IMG/VR virus record: IMGVR_UViG_3300008964_000003
Reading direction: 5' to 3' (one strand)
DNA: 64,000 bases
From: an uncultured virus (IMG/VR IMGVR_UViG_3300008964_000003)
Taxonomy: Duplodnaviria; Heunggongvirae; Uroviricota; Caudoviricetes
The notes under the pieces were generated by a model that did no database searches, was not told the origin of the DNA, and saw nothing but the letters and a program-made list of their open reading frames with translations. The first letter of the stretch is position 1; the number at the start of each line of letters is the position of its first letter. The position numbers and the translations under genes were made by a program. Positions 19,004-29,087 of this stretch are shown here, in pieces.

Positions 19004-20584
19004 ATGGCCGATAATTCGTTGAAACTTTTTGGGTTTGAGATTGCAAGATCTAAAACTAAAGAGAAAGAAGAAAAGAAACTGAAGTCTATTGTACCAACAG
19101 TAGATGAGGACGGAGCAGGATATGTTTCGGCCGCAGGTGCTCATTACGGTCAATATGTAGATTTAGATGGCGATAAGTCTAAAGACAACGCAACATTAAT
19201 TCACAAATATCGTGGCGTGGCAATGCATCCTGAAGTTGATGCGGCTATCGAAGATATTGTGAATGAAGCGGTATCGGGTGGAGATGAGATTGCTGTTAGC
19301 CTTAATATGGATAACATTGAGGTCTCAAAGGGAATTAAAAGTAAAGTAATTGAAGAATTCGACCATATTTTGTATATGCTCAAATTTAATGATTTGGGTC
19401 ATGATATTTTTAGAAAATGGTATGTTGATGGAAGATTAAACTTTCACGCTGTAGTTGATGAGTCAAACTTAAAGGCCGGTATTCAAGATATTAGACCTAT
19501 TGATTCCGCTAAAATGCGTAAAGTAAAAGAAGTTAAAAAGACAAAAGATCCTATTACAGGCGCAAGCTTAGTTGAAGGTTCTACGGAATACTACATTTAT
19601 CAAGAAAAACCTGGAGAACAGAATAGCGGAATCAAATTAACAAAAGATTCAGTTGTTTACGTCACATCGGGTTTGCTAGATGCTACTCAAAAGAAAGTAG
19701 TATCTTATATACATAAAGCTCTTAAACCAATTAATCAATTGCGGATGATGGAAGATTCTCTTGTAATCTATCGTCTAGCAAGAGCACCAGAACGCAGAAT
19801 TTTCTATATCGATGTAGGCAATATGCCTAAGGGCAAATCTGAAGAGTATATGAAAGGTATCATGGCAAGATACCGTAATAAACTTGTATATGATGCTTCA
19901 ACTGGTGAAGTTAAAGATGATCGTAAGCATATGTCTATGCTTGAGGATTTTTGGCTACCTCGTAAAGAGGGTGGAAGAGGAACTGAGATTAGTACTCTTC
20001 CGGGAGGTGAAAACCTCGGTCAGATTGATGATATTATTTATTTCCAAAAACGTCTTTATAGATCACTTAACGTTCCGATTGCTAGATTAGAACAGGAACA
20101 ACAGTTTTCATTAGGAAGATCTACTGAAATTTCTAGAGATGAACTTAAGTTCCAAAAGTTTATTGATAGATTGCGTAAACGTTTCTCTATGTTATTTAGA
20201 GAACTTCTTAAGAAACAACTTCTTCTTAAAAATATCATTACCGAAGATGATTGGGAAACCTGGTCAAATGATATTATTTTTGAATTTGCTAGAGATAACC
20301 ATTTCTCAGAATTAAAAGATGCAGAAATGTTAAGAGAAAAACTACAATCTCTAGATCAAGTACAAAATTATGTTGGCGAGTACTTTTCTAAAGAGTGGGT
20401 AATGAAAAACATTCTTAAATTTGATGATGATGAAATTTCACTTATGACAAAGCAAATCAACAAAGAGATGCCTGAAAATGATGAAGTTGAGGCTCACAAC
20501 ACTGAAGTTAATGACCAAATTCAAGCCGATCGAGATGCCGCTGCGGCTGACCGTGAAGCTAAAGCTGCAAAGTCAGCTCAATAA
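19004..20584 (+). CDS. gp20: Portal protein gp20
   Basis: YRLARAPERRIFYIDVGN, EDFWLPR.EGGRGTEI. Confidence 0.97.
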   Translation: MADNSLKLFGFEIARSKTKEKEEKKLKSIVPTVDEDGAGYVSAAGAHYGQYVDLDGDKSKDNATLIHKYRGVAMHPEVDAAIEDIVNEAVSGGDEIAVSLNMDNIEVSKGIKSKVIEEFDHILYMLKFNDLGHDIFRKWYVDGRLNFHAVVDESNLKAGIQDIRPIDSAKMRKVKEVKKTKDPITGASLVEGSTEYYIYQEKPGEQNSGIKLTKDSVVYVTSGLLDATQKKVVSYIHKALKPINQLRMMEDSLVIYRLARAPERRIFYIDVGNMPKGKSEEYMKGIMARYRNKLVYDASTGEVKDDRKHMSMLEDFWLPRKEGGRGTEISTLPGGENLGQIDDIIYFQKRLYRSLNVPIARLEQEQQFSLGRSTEISRDELKFQKFIDRLRKRFSMLFRELLKKQLLLKNIITEDDWETWSNDIIFEFARDNHFSELKDAEMLREKLQSLDQVQNYVGEYFSKEWVMKNILKFDDDEISLMTKQINKEMPENDEVEAHNTEVNDQIQADRDAAAADREAKAAKSAQ

Positions 20585-20622
20585 TAATTTATATATAATC
20601 ACAGCGAAATACAGGAGTTATT

Positions 20623-20886
20623 ATGTCTGAAGTAGAAGAAAGAAATCCATTAGAGAATATGATTGACTTTGCATCAAACGCAGAGTTTAATAAAGCTAAT
20701 GACGTTTTTGATGATGTTCTGAGACAAAAAGTATCAGATGCACTTGAACAAGAAAAGGTTGCATTATCACAAGAAATGTGGGGCAATGCATCTGCTGAAC
20801 AAGAAGCTATGGAAGTTGATTTAGATATTACCGATGAAGATCTAGATGCAGCTGCTGAAGAATATGTTGAAGAAGACGAAGATTAA
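20623..20886 (+). CDS. Prohead core protein (gp67-like)
   Basis: Small acidic ORF directly after portal; positional call. Confidence 0.55.
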   Translation: MSEVEERNPLENMIDFASNAEFNKANDVFDDVLRQKVSDALEQEKVALSQEMWGNASAEQEAMEVDLDITDEDLDAAAEEYVEEDED

Positions 20887-20903
20887 GTTAAAAGTTTAAA
20901 ACA

Positions 20904-20911
20904 TATAAATA
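20904..20911 (+). promoter_or_regulatory. T4-type late promoter
   Basis: TATAAATA. Confidence 0.8.
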
Positions 20912-20935
20912 CATTAGAATATAAAAAGTGTATCC

Positions 20936-21151
20936 ATGAAAACATTTAGACAAATACGTGAAGCTAAAAATACTATGCCACCTGGTGAGCACGTGTTTGA
21001 CGCTAAAGTAAAAGGCTATAAGGTCATGGTGCATAAACAAAAGAATAAGTTTGTAGCTTATGTAGACAATGAGAAACTAGACGAATATTCGTCACTCAAT
21101 GACGCTAAAAGGGCTGCTAACGAGTTTATAAAAATGGCAGGGGCTAAGTAA
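20936..21151 (+). CDS. Small prohead-associated protein (gp68 position)
   Basis: MKTF.QIRE N-terminus typical of gp21-processed head proteins; synteny. Confidence 0.5.
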   Translation: MKTFRQIREAKNTMPPGEHVFDAKVKGYKVMVHKQKNKFVAYVDNEKLDEYSSLNDAKRAANEFIKMAGAK

Positions 21152-21807
21152 TGAAGCTTATTACAGAGTATACCGAGACAGACGTTCAATGTCTTGTTGA
21201 GAAAAAAGAAGACGGTTCGAAGAACTATGTCATTGAAGGTATCTTTGCCCAGGCTGAAGGTAAAAACAGAAATGGTCGCATCTATCCAAAGAACGTTATG
21301 GAAGGTGCAGTAAACAAGTATTACACAGACCAAGTTAAAACTAAGCGCGCAGTTGGGGAACTAAATCATCCCGATGGTCCAACTGTAAACTTAGATAAAG
21401 TATCCCATCTTATCACAGACCTCAGAATTGAGGGAAATGATGTGATGGGTAAAGCACGTATTTTGGATACTCCAATGGGTCAAATTGTAAAAGGTTTGCT
21501 TGAGGGCGGTGTTCAACTAGGTGTTTCAACTCGTGGTATGGGAAGCCTTGAGAATAGAAACGGCGTTATGTATGTCAAAGAAGACTTTATGTTAAACACG
21601 ATTGACATCGTCCAAGATCCATCTGCACCGAATGCTTTTGTTAATGGTATTATGGAAGGCGTAGACTGGGTATGGAATAATGGCGTTATCGAATCTAGGG
21701 AAATTGAAAGAATAGAGACTGAAATTAAGAAAGCTCCGAGAACTGATCTTTATGAGACACAGGTTCGCGAGTTCAAGAATTTCCTCTCGTTGATGAAAAA
21801 CAAATAA
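21151..21807 (+). CDS. gp21: Prohead protease gp21
   Basis: NRNGRIYP, GELNHP, GVSTRGMGS, DIVQDPSAP. Confidence 0.96.
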   Translation: MKLITEYTETDVQCLVEKKEDGSKNYVIEGIFAQAEGKNRNGRIYPKNVMEGAVNKYYTDQVKTKRAVGELNHPDGPTVNLDKVSHLITDLRIEGNDVMGKARILDTPMGQIVKGLLEGGVQLGVSTRGMGSLENRNGVMYVKEDFMLNTIDIVQDPSAPNAFVNGIMEGVDWVWNNGVIESREIERIETEIKKAPRTDLYETQVREFKNFLSLMKNK

Positions 21808-21817
21808 GGAGTCAATT

Positions 21818-22756
21818 ATGACTGATCAAGTAAATCAGGATATTGAGCTCGATGATGACGAGAATGTTGTTGAGGCTCACGATCCGAAAAATGCAGAAGA
21901 TCAATCTGTTAAATCTGTAAAAGGCGCAGAAGCCGCAGGTAAAACAGCTCCAGCTCGCAAGGGTGACAAGAAAAACTCTGATAAATCAGATCTAACAGCT
22001 ACTGCTAAACCATCTGGTTTACAAGCTGAAGATTACGATTTCTCGGGCGATCTTGACGCACTTGTAAACGAAGAAGCTACTCTTTCAGAGGGTTTCAGAA
22101 ATAAAGCTGGTATAATCTTCGAAGCTGCACTTAAGTCTAAGTTAAGTGAAGAAGTTGAACGCATGGAAGCAAATTATGCTGAAGCGCTTCAAGAGGAAAT
22201 CGAAACAACTAAAGCCGACCTAGTCGAAAAAGTTGATGGTTACCTAAACTACGTAGTTGAAAATTGGATGGAAGAAAACCGTCTTGCAATTCACAACGGT
22301 CTCCGTACTGAAATTGCAGAAGGTTTCATGGAAAAGCTTAAAGATCTCTTCACAGAATCTTATATTGAAGTTCCAGATTCCAAAGTCGACCTAGTTGACG
22401 ATTTAGCTGAACAAGTTGCATCTCTTGAAGAGAAACTTGACGCAACTACAGCTAATGCAATCGAAATGGCAGAAGAGCTTAACTTGTATAAGCGCTACGA
22501 CGTCATTCGTGAAGCCGCGCGCGGCCTCGCAGAAACAGAAATTGAAAAGCTAGCAAATCTAGCTGAAGATCTTGACTTTGAATCAGAAGAAGCTTTCGCT
22601 GCGAAAGTGAAAACTATCAAAGAATCATACTTCACTAAAAAATCATCTTCTGAATCTATCGCAGAATCATTTGAAGAAGATACTGACGACGATACAGTCG
22701 AAGTTTCTGGCGCAATGGCTGCATATGTTAATGCAATTAAGAAAAACCAAAAATAA
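21818..22756 (+). CDS. gp22: Prohead scaffold gp22
   Basis: IFEAAL, VDGYLNYVVENWM; acidic coiled coil. Confidence 0.93.
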   Translation: MTDQVNQDIELDDDENVVEAHDPKNAEDQSVKSVKGAEAAGKTAPARKGDKKNSDKSDLTATAKPSGLQAEDYDFSGDLDALVNEEATLSEGFRNKAGIIFEAALKSKLSEEVERMEANYAEALQEEIETTKADLVEKVDGYLNYVVENWMEENRLAIHNGLRTEIAEGFMEKLKDLFTESYIEVPDSKVDLVDDLAEQVASLEEKLDATTANAIEMAEELNLYKRYDVIREAARGLAETEIEKLANLAEDLDFESEEAFAAKVKTIKESYFTKKSSSESIAESFEEDTDDDTVEVSGAMAAYVNAIKKNQK

Positions 22757-22768
22757 GGAAATCCAATT

Positions 22769-24085
22769 ATGGAAACATATGATCGTTTAACAGAGAAATG
22801 GGCTCCAGTTCTCAACGAAGGCGCAGACATCAAAGATGCTCACCGTCGTGCCGTAACGGCTGTTGTTCTTGAGAACCAAGAAAAAGAGTTTGCTTCACAA
22901 GCTGCTCAAAACAACATGCTCACAGAAGCTGCTCCAGGCAACAACACTGGTTCAGCGTCTAACTGGAACCCAGTTCTTATCTCACTTGTTCGCCGCGCTA
23001 TGCCGAACATGATGGCGTATGACGTTGCTGGTGTTCAGCCGATGACTGGCCCAACAGGCTTGATCTTCGCAATGAAATCACGCTACGGTGCTGGTTCAAC
23101 TGGTTCGACTGAAGCTCTCTTCAACGAAGCAAACACAGCATTCTCAGGTGACTCATCTGTAACACAAACTGGCGGTCCATCAGGTCTTGCTGGTCTTACA
23201 GACGCTGGCGCAGATAGCTCGATCGACAACGACCGTACAGGTCCATCGGTTGCTTCTGGTATGCCAACTGCAGATGCTGAAGCACTTGGTTCAACAGGTG
23301 GTTCGTCTTTCAATGAAATGGGTTTCACCATCGAAAAAGCGACCGTGACTGCGAAATCACGCGCGTTGAAAGCTGAGTACAGCCTTGAGCTTGCACAAGA
23401 CCTTAAAGCGATTCACGGTCTTGACGCTGAAACAGAGCTTGCGAACATCCTTTCAACTGAGATCCTTGCGGAAATCAACCGTGAAGTTATTCGCACAATC
23501 AATAGCCAAGCTAAGACTGGTGCTTCTACTGCAAACACAGCAATCAACGGTATCTTTGACCTTTCAACAGATGCTGATGGTCGTTGGAGCGTAGAGAAGA
23601 TCAAAGGTCTTATTCTTCAGCTCGAGCGTGAAGCGAACGTAATCGCAAAAGAAACACGTCGTGGTAAAGGTAACTTTGCTATCGTGTCTTCAGACGTAGC
23701 TTCTGCACTTGCAGCTTCAGGTATGCTTGACTATGCTCCTGCAATGTCAACTGCTCTTAACGTAGACGACACAGGCAACACATTCGCTGGTGTACTTAAC
23801 GGTCGCATGAAGATCTACATCGACCCATATGCTGCTACAGACTACATCAACGTTGGTTATAAGGGCACAAACCCATATGACGCCGGTGTGTTCTACTGCC
23901 CATATGTACCGCTTACAATGGTTCGCGCCGTTTCTGAGGACACGTTCCAGCCTAAAATTGGTTTCAAGACACGCTACGGCATGGCTTCTAACCCATTCGT
24001 TGGTTCAACTCCTGCTGATGGTCTTGCAACTGCTAAGACTAACCAGTACTACAGAATCTTCCGCGTGGATAATATCCTGGCGTAA
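22769..24085 (+). CDS. gp23: Major capsid protein gp23
   Basis: GVQPMTGPTGLIFAM, AKSRALKAEYS.ELAQDLKAIHGLDAE, FQPKIGFKTRYG. Confidence 0.99.
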   Translation: METYDRLTEKWAPVLNEGADIKDAHRRAVTAVVLENQEKEFASQAAQNNMLTEAAPGNNTGSASNWNPVLISLVRRAMPNMMAYDVAGVQPMTGPTGLIFAMKSRYGAGSTGSTEALFNEANTAFSGDSSVTQTGGPSGLAGLTDAGADSSIDNDRTGPSVASGMPTADAEALGSTGGSSFNEMGFTIEKATVTAKSRALKAEYSLELAQDLKAIHGLDAETELANILSTEILAEINREVIRTINSQAKTGASTANTAINGIFDLSTDADGRWSVEKIKGLILQLEREANVIAKETRRGKGNFAIVSSDVASALAASGMLDYAPAMSTALNVDDTGNTFAGVLNGRMKIYIDPYAATDYINVGYKGTNPYDAGVFYCPYVPLTMVRAVSEDTFQPKIGFKTRYGMASNPFVGSTPADGLATAKTNQYYRIFRVDNILA

Positions 24086-24098
24086 GTCATATAAAAAA

Positions 24099-24157
24099 GG
24101 GAGGGGAACCAACCCCTCCCAACTTAAGGAGCACTGGAGGACGGTGCTCCTTTTTTT
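24099..24157 (+). terminator. Two tandem hairpins; intrinsic terminator after gp23, possibly bidirectional
   Basis: gggagggg/cccctccc preceded by an A-run; aaggagcac/gtgctcctt followed by a T-run. Confidence 0.8.
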
Positions 24158-24452
24158 ATGCGATCCTCCAAGGATCTAGATCTTCAGTAACCAAACTTTC
24201 AGATCCATCGTATTCGTCAATGCGAAACTTAGTCCCTTCCGGCACCCAACGAATAACAACATCGTAAGCACCGTTGGCGTAACCCAAACCCAATTGCTCA
24301 CAGAGATCTGCGGCTTTTTTATACTCTTCATCCAGAAACAGCTGGTTGAACCGAGCATCCATAGGATCAACATCATTCCAGGTTGACCAACCAGCGCCGA
24401 AGCCAGACGATACTGCCACTGCTACCATTTCATCACGAACAATCTTTTCCAT
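24156..24452 (-). CDS. Conserved phage hypothetical protein
   Basis: GGAGA RBS; GFGAGWSTWN...FRIDEYDGSE motif. Confidence 0.7.
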   Translation of the reverse strand: MEKIVRDEMVAVAVSSGFGAGWSTWNDVDPMDARFNQLFLDEEYKKAADLCEQLGLGYANGAYDVVIRWVPEGTKFRIDEYDGSESLVTEDLDPWRIA

Positions 24453-24466
24453 TTTATATCTCCATT

Positions 24467-24676
24467 TCAATCAGTGTATTGACTAGGAACTGCACTTGCA
24501 TCCCAAACATATTTGTTATAAGTTGGATCATCAACGACTACCACATCGTCAGGACCAACCTCAGTCCAAACCCGGTCGTCCATCCACCTGTGGTAGTATG
24601 CAGGACCACCCCAAACGCGTCGTGCACGTTCGTAAGTGGCCTGATCCATACCTACATAGTGGATAGTGCGATTCAT
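24467..24676 (-). CDS. Hypothetical protein (early island)
   Basis: Stop/start coupled to upstream ORF. Confidence 0.6.
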   Translation of the reverse strand: MNRTIHYVGMDQATYERARRVWGGPAYYHRWMDDRVWTEVGPDDVVVVDDPTYNKYVWDASAVPSQYTD

Positions 24677-24915
24677 TAAAAATCTTCCCAGTTCATCTTC
24701 ATGCCTACGTTCATTTCTGCGTTACGCTTAGCCGATTCGAAATCTACGAAAGGACCAGCAGAAGTGAAGTCATCCAAGAGGCGGCCTTCAGGTGTATAAA
24801 CCATCCAGTGATTACGATCAAAATTGATGGTATCAACAAACCGTTCAATGCGCACCTCTTTGATCGAGTTGGTGGCGATTGCGATGATTTCGTTAATAGC
24901 GTTGAACTGCATCAT
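24676..24915 (-). CDS. Hypothetical protein (early island)
   Basis: AAGGAGA RBS. Confidence 0.65.
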   Translation of the reverse strand: MMQFNAINEIIAIATNSIKEVRIERFVDTINFDRNHWMVYTPEGRLLDDFTSAGPFVDFESAKRNAEMNVGMKMNWEDF

Positions 24916-24928
24916 AGCGTATATCTCC

Positions 24929-25123
24929 TTAGTTAGTTACTGGGAAGTTGTGAAAGTGGACGCCAGCTTGTAATGCTTCTTCTCCAATGAAGATTGGATA
25001 AAAACGGCCTTCTTCTGTTACAGACACCACATAGCGACATTCTTCGAATTTTTCAACTGCTTTTTTGAGGTTCTTGATGGTTGAGTATGATTTGATGTAG
25101 CGAGTATCGAATGTGATTTGCAT
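24929..25123 (-). CDS. Hypothetical protein (early island)
   Basis: AAGGAGA RBS before ATG at 25123. Confidence 0.65.
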   Translation of the reverse strand: MQITFDTRYIKSYSTIKNLKKAVEKFEECRYVVSVTEEGRFYPIFIGEEALQAGVHFHNFPVTN

Positions 25124-25147
25124 TGTGTATCTCCTTTTGATGTATTC

Positions 25148-25176
25148 TTTATACGAATAAACCAAACCCATGTAAA
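25148..25176 (-). promoter_or_regulatory. Early promoter driving the minus-strand island
   Basis: TTTACA-N17-TATAAA on minus strand. Confidence 0.65.
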
Positions 25177-25209
25177 CAGCTAATTTAGATTTTTTTCAGA
25201 TTTTTTTCA

Positions 25210-25217
25210 TATAAATA
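25210..25217 (+). promoter_or_regulatory. T4-type late promoter
   Basis: TATAAATA upstream of gp3. Confidence 0.8.
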
Positions 25218-25241
25218 CACGTAAGCAACAGAGGATTAGTT

Positions 25242-25754
25242 ATGGCTACCACAGAATCTACATTAGAATCCCAGAACTTCTTACAACCTAATGGGTTTAA
25301 ACTTGTAATTTTAAGGAAGCGTTTCAAGAACTTAGAGTTCTTTGCGCAATCAGTCCAGCATCCAGATGTATCAGTAGCGCCTACGATTGTACAATTCCGT
25401 GGAACAAACTTACTAACTCCAGGAGACAAAATTGAATATGGTCAATTGACTGTAGATGCTATTGTAGATGAGAATATGAATGTATACAAAGAAATGCTCA
25501 ATTGGGTCAAATCTGGCGCTACTATGAAAAACAAGTTAGCAAGCGGAGTTAGAGACGCCGATGAAGATTTGCCGATGTATGATATCACGCTATCAGTCTT
25601 GAGTAGCCATAATAATCAGATAGATAAGATTGTATATCAGGGAGCATTCCCGATCAACGTAGGAACTATCAACTTCCAATCTACGGTTGATAATGTACAG
25701 TACATCACATTCCCAGTCACGTTTGCTTATACGACATTTACAATCACTGACTAA
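25242..25754 (+). CDS. gp3: Tail completion/tube terminator gp3
   Basis: NFLQPNGF, PGDKIEYG.L, VDENM..YKE. Confidence 0.85.
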   Translation: MATTESTLESQNFLQPNGFKLVILRKRFKNLEFFAQSVQHPDVSVAPTIVQFRGTNLLTPGDKIEYGQLTVDAIVDENMNVYKEMLNWVKSGATMKNKLASGVRDADEDLPMYDITLSVLSSHNNQIDKIVYQGAFPINVGTINFQSTVDNVQYITFPVTFAYTTFTITD

Positions 25755-25790
25755 TTTGATATAATGCTATAAAAGCATTAGGAGTATACT

Positions 25791-26237
25791 ATGAAATACC
25801 TTGAACCAGTTATTACTATGTGGGAAAAAGACTGTATTATCAATAATGCGTCATTAGATGAGGCATCTAGGCAGACACCTATGCTTCATGCAAAATACCT
25901 TCCCATGCACGCTGAAGCTAAAATGATGCTTCGTCGAGCACAAATGTCGCAAAAAACTCTATTGAAAGACAAGTGGCTTTACTATAACGGTAAAATGACT
26001 AAAGAAGAAATTGAAGCTAAAGGCTGGGAATTTGATCCGTTTAAAGGACTTAAAGTTCTTAAAGGGGAAATGGATTACTACTATGATGCTGATACTGATA
26101 TTCAGAAATCAGAAGACGAAATTCAGCAATTAAAAGTGTTAGTAGAGACACTACAGGAAATTGTAGATAATATAAAATGGCGCCACCAAACCATAGGTAA
26201 TATGATTAAGTGGCGCATGTTTGAAGCTGGGGGTTAA
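25791..26237 (+). CDS. uvsY: Recombination mediator UvsY
   Basis: P.LHAKYL, KWLYYNGK, YYDADTDI, I.WR; upstream of uvsW. Confidence 0.85.
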   Translation: MKYLEPVITMWEKDCIINNASLDEASRQTPMLHAKYLPMHAEAKMMLRRAQMSQKTLLKDKWLYYNGKMTKEEIEAKGWEFDPFKGLKVLKGEMDYYYDADTDIQKSEDEIQQLKVLVETLQEIVDNIKWRHQTIGNMIKWRMFEAGG

Positions 26238-26602
26238 ACCTGTTCCGCAAAATAATACTTACTTAAGTACTCGTGGTTTTGCTGTAGGTTTGCGTAGTTT
26301 ACACAACTAGAATATTCATACCACTGATCAAAACTTTCCCAAGTTCTGGTAACAGTGTATTCTTTTGTCACATCATCAAAAGATTCAGTTTTATTACTTC
26401 TGGCTGCAATGAAGCCGGCCTCTTTTTCATTCCAACCAGGGATATTGGCAGCTCTTAACAGTTCGATATAATAATCTTCACCCCTTTCGCCATTAGCGCC
26501 CTGTTGTAATACATGTGCTTTGAACTCTTCTATAGTCGAGTGGGGAATTTCATCCACATACTGGGGTTTGATTCTAAATATTTTAGTTACGGCATAAGTC
26601 AT
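26234..26602 (-). CDS. Hypothetical protein with its own late promoter
   Basis: AAGGAGA RBS; TATAAATA on minus strand at 26620-26627. Confidence 0.7.
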   Translation of the reverse strand: MTYAVTKIFRIKPQYVDEIPHSTIEEFKAHVLQQGANGERGEDYYIELLRAANIPGWNEKEAGFIAARSNKTESFDDVTKEYTVTRTWESFDQWYEYSSCVNYANLQQNHEYLSKYYFAEQV

Positions 26603-26622
26603 TAATTTCTCCTTTTATATAT

Positions 26623-27510
26623 TTATAGTCTTTGCAAATCTAATGTTACGCAGTGGTGACCACCCATAAACATTTTTGCATGCGGCAAATTAACGCCTAT
26701 TGTTTCTATTCCATATTTATCAAATTTTTTTCTTAGAATGGTCTGATTAGAATCGCAGAATATAGTATTTTCATCATAGCTTAAAACATTCATTCCTATC
26801 CAATTACTAGTCATATGATCCCAACCCTTCGGTTGAATCAAGTCTTCTTGTTTTATCCAAATCTTATCCCAAGATTTCATAAAATCTGGTAACTGATATT
26901 CTTTAATTCTTTCTGAATTTAACATGACTAAACCATCTCTAAGAGGAACTATAGTACTATCTAGATGCATTCCCTGATATACTGCATTTAGTCGATGCAC
27001 AATATATTCTGGTCCCAAATAATTTTCTAGCCAATCCGCTCCAGCTTCATTTCCAGAATAGCTTATTAGATATAAAATATCCTTTCCGCATCTAATTATA
27101 TTGGCAGCATCAAATACTGCCGCTGGATCATCAACAGTTGTGACATTGTCTCCTAAAGCAGCGCGGATCGCTTTCCATTCAATTCGGCGATTTGGCCATA
27201 CAGTAGGCGTAAGAATTACTTTATCGCCAATAACTAATGTGGTATCTCTAGGGCAATAACATCCAAAACCGTCTTCTTTTACATAATCAATAGGCTTTGG
27301 TCTAATAACCTCTACTCCTAATTTTTCTAATTCAGCTTGAAATAAATTTAAAGCTTCTTGAGTTTCATGTATGGCGATTGGAGACGCAGGACCAATAGGT
27401 GCCTCATCCCAAGTAGAGTATTCTGGATCATTTTTTGGAAAATTAAAATTTTCGGCTGAACCAAGTATTACTCTTTTTAACCGTGACCATTCGTTATCGC
27501 TACGGATCAT
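26623..27510 (-). CDS. Amidinotransferase (glycine/inosamine-phosphate amidinotransferase family)
   Basis: NEWSRLKRVILG, CPRD, FDAAN, HLDST, GGHHCVTLDL (catalytic Asp/His/Cys); AGGAGA RBS before 27510. Confidence 0.9.
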   Translation of the reverse strand: MIRSDNEWSRLKRVILGSAENFNFPKNDPEYSTWDEAPIGPASPIAIHETQEALNLFQAELEKLGVEVIRPKPIDYVKEDGFGCYCPRDTTLVIGDKVILTPTVWPNRRIEWKAIRAALGDNVTTVDDPAAVFDAANIIRCGKDILYLISYSGNEAGADWLENYLGPEYIVHRLNAVYQGMHLDSTIVPLRDGLVMLNSERIKEYQLPDFMKSWDKIWIKQEDLIQPKGWDHMTSNWIGMNVLSYDENTIFCDSNQTILRKKFDKYGIETIGVNLPHAKMFMGGHHCVTLDLQRL

Positions 27511-27566
27511 ATTATCTCCTATTTCCAACATATATATCTATGAATATAATTTAATAGAGTATTGTT

Positions 27567-29069
27567 ATGGAAATCATTAAAGTTAAAAATAAAAACCACT
27601 CTTTTATGGAAATTACCTGCGATTATGGTATTGCCAATGAGCTTACTGATTTCTTTTCATTTTTTGTGCCTGGCTATAAATTTATGCCGGCGTACAAAAA
27701 TAAAGTCTGGGACGGTAAGATCCGACTATTTAATATTCATAAAATGGAACTACCTGTTGGATTATTTCCATTCTTAGCTGAATTCTCCAAACCTAGAAAA
27801 TATACTATTGAAGTAGAACATAATAATTTTTATGGTCGACCGGATAGTCAAATAGATATTGATCCAAATGAAATTAAAGCATTTGTTGATAGACTAGAGT
27901 TACAATCAAGAGGTAAACCAATTGAAATACGAGACTACCAATTTGACGCAGTTTGCGAAGGACTCCACAGAAAAAGAGCAGTACTTATTTCACCAACGGG
28001 CTCTGGCAAGTCTCTTATCATCTACACACTCGTCCAAAGATATTTACTTTCTCTTAGGAAGGCAAACAGGAAAGTCTTGGTTATTGTACCAACGACTTCG
28101 CTGGTTGAGCAAATGTATAACGACTTCGCAGATTATGGAATGCCTGTCGAAGACTGCGTCCACAGGATTTATTCTGGACGAGATAAAGAGACCGATAAAG
28201 AAATTATCATTTCAACCTGGCAGTCAATTTACAAACTGCCACCGAAATGGTTTGAACAATTCGGTGCTGTCATTGGTGACGAATGTCATGGCTTTAAATC
28301 AAAGTCTCTCACCACTATTATGGATAAATGCAAAGAAGCCGAATATCGTTGGGGAACAACAGGTACACTTGACGGTTCTCAAACCCATGAACTCGTATTA
28401 CAAGGGCTTTTTGGGAAGATATATAATGTAACAACAACAAAGAAACTTCAAGATGAAGATACACTTGCTAAACTCAAGATCTCTATACTTTTACTCAAAT
28501 ATGATGAAGAGATCCGTCGAAATTGGGGTAAACAAGATTATCAAGCTGAACTGGATTTCATTGTTCGAAACGAGTCTCGTAATAAGCTCATTTCTAATCT
28601 CGCTTTGGATCTTGATGGCAATACTCTCGTACTATTTAATTTTGTAGAAAAACATGGTAAACCTTTGTTTGAAATGATTCGAGACAAAGCCCATGAAAAC
28701 AGAAAAATCTTTTTTGTATCTGGTGAAACCGCCACGAGTGACCGTGAAGCAATTCGTAAGATCGTAGAAGGACAAAAGAATGCTATCATTGTTGCTAGTC
28801 TTGGCACTTTCTCCACTGGGATTAATATTAGGAATTTGCATAATATCGTATTTGCATCCCCATCCAAGTCTCAAATCAGAGTTCTCCAATCAATTGGACG
28901 AGGACTCAGAAAATCAGACGACGGATCTATAGCACAACTTTACGATATTGCTGATGACTTACATTGGGGACATAGGAAGAATTACACATTAGAACACTCA
29001 GCAGAACGTGTTAAGATGTATGCTAAACAAGAATTTGACTACAAAATTTACGAGATAGATATAAAGTAA
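27567..29069 (+). CDS. uvsW: UvsW helicase
   Basis: SPTGSGKS, DECH, QSIGRGLR; WDGKIRLF N-terminus. Confidence 0.96.
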   Translation: MEIIKVKNKNHSFMEITCDYGIANELTDFFSFFVPGYKFMPAYKNKVWDGKIRLFNIHKMELPVGLFPFLAEFSKPRKYTIEVEHNNFYGRPDSQIDIDPNEIKAFVDRLELQSRGKPIEIRDYQFDAVCEGLHRKRAVLISPTGSGKSLIIYTLVQRYLLSLRKANRKVLVIVPTTSLVEQMYNDFADYGMPVEDCVHRIYSGRDKETDKEIIISTWQSIYKLPPKWFEQFGAVIGDECHGFKSKSLTTIMDKCKEAEYRWGTTGTLDGSQTHELVLQGLFGKIYNVTTTKKLQDEDTLAKLKISILLLKYDEEIRRNWGKQDYQAELDFIVRNESRNKLISNLALDLDGNTLVLFNFVEKHGKPLFEMIRDKAHENRKIFFVSGETATSDREAIRKIVEGQKNAIIVASLGTFSTGINIRNLHNIVFASPSKSQIRVLQSIGRGLRKSDDGSIAQLYDIADDLHWGHRKNYTLEHSAERVKMYAKQEFDYKIYEIDIK

Positions 29070-29087
29070 TCAACAGGAAAATAATTA

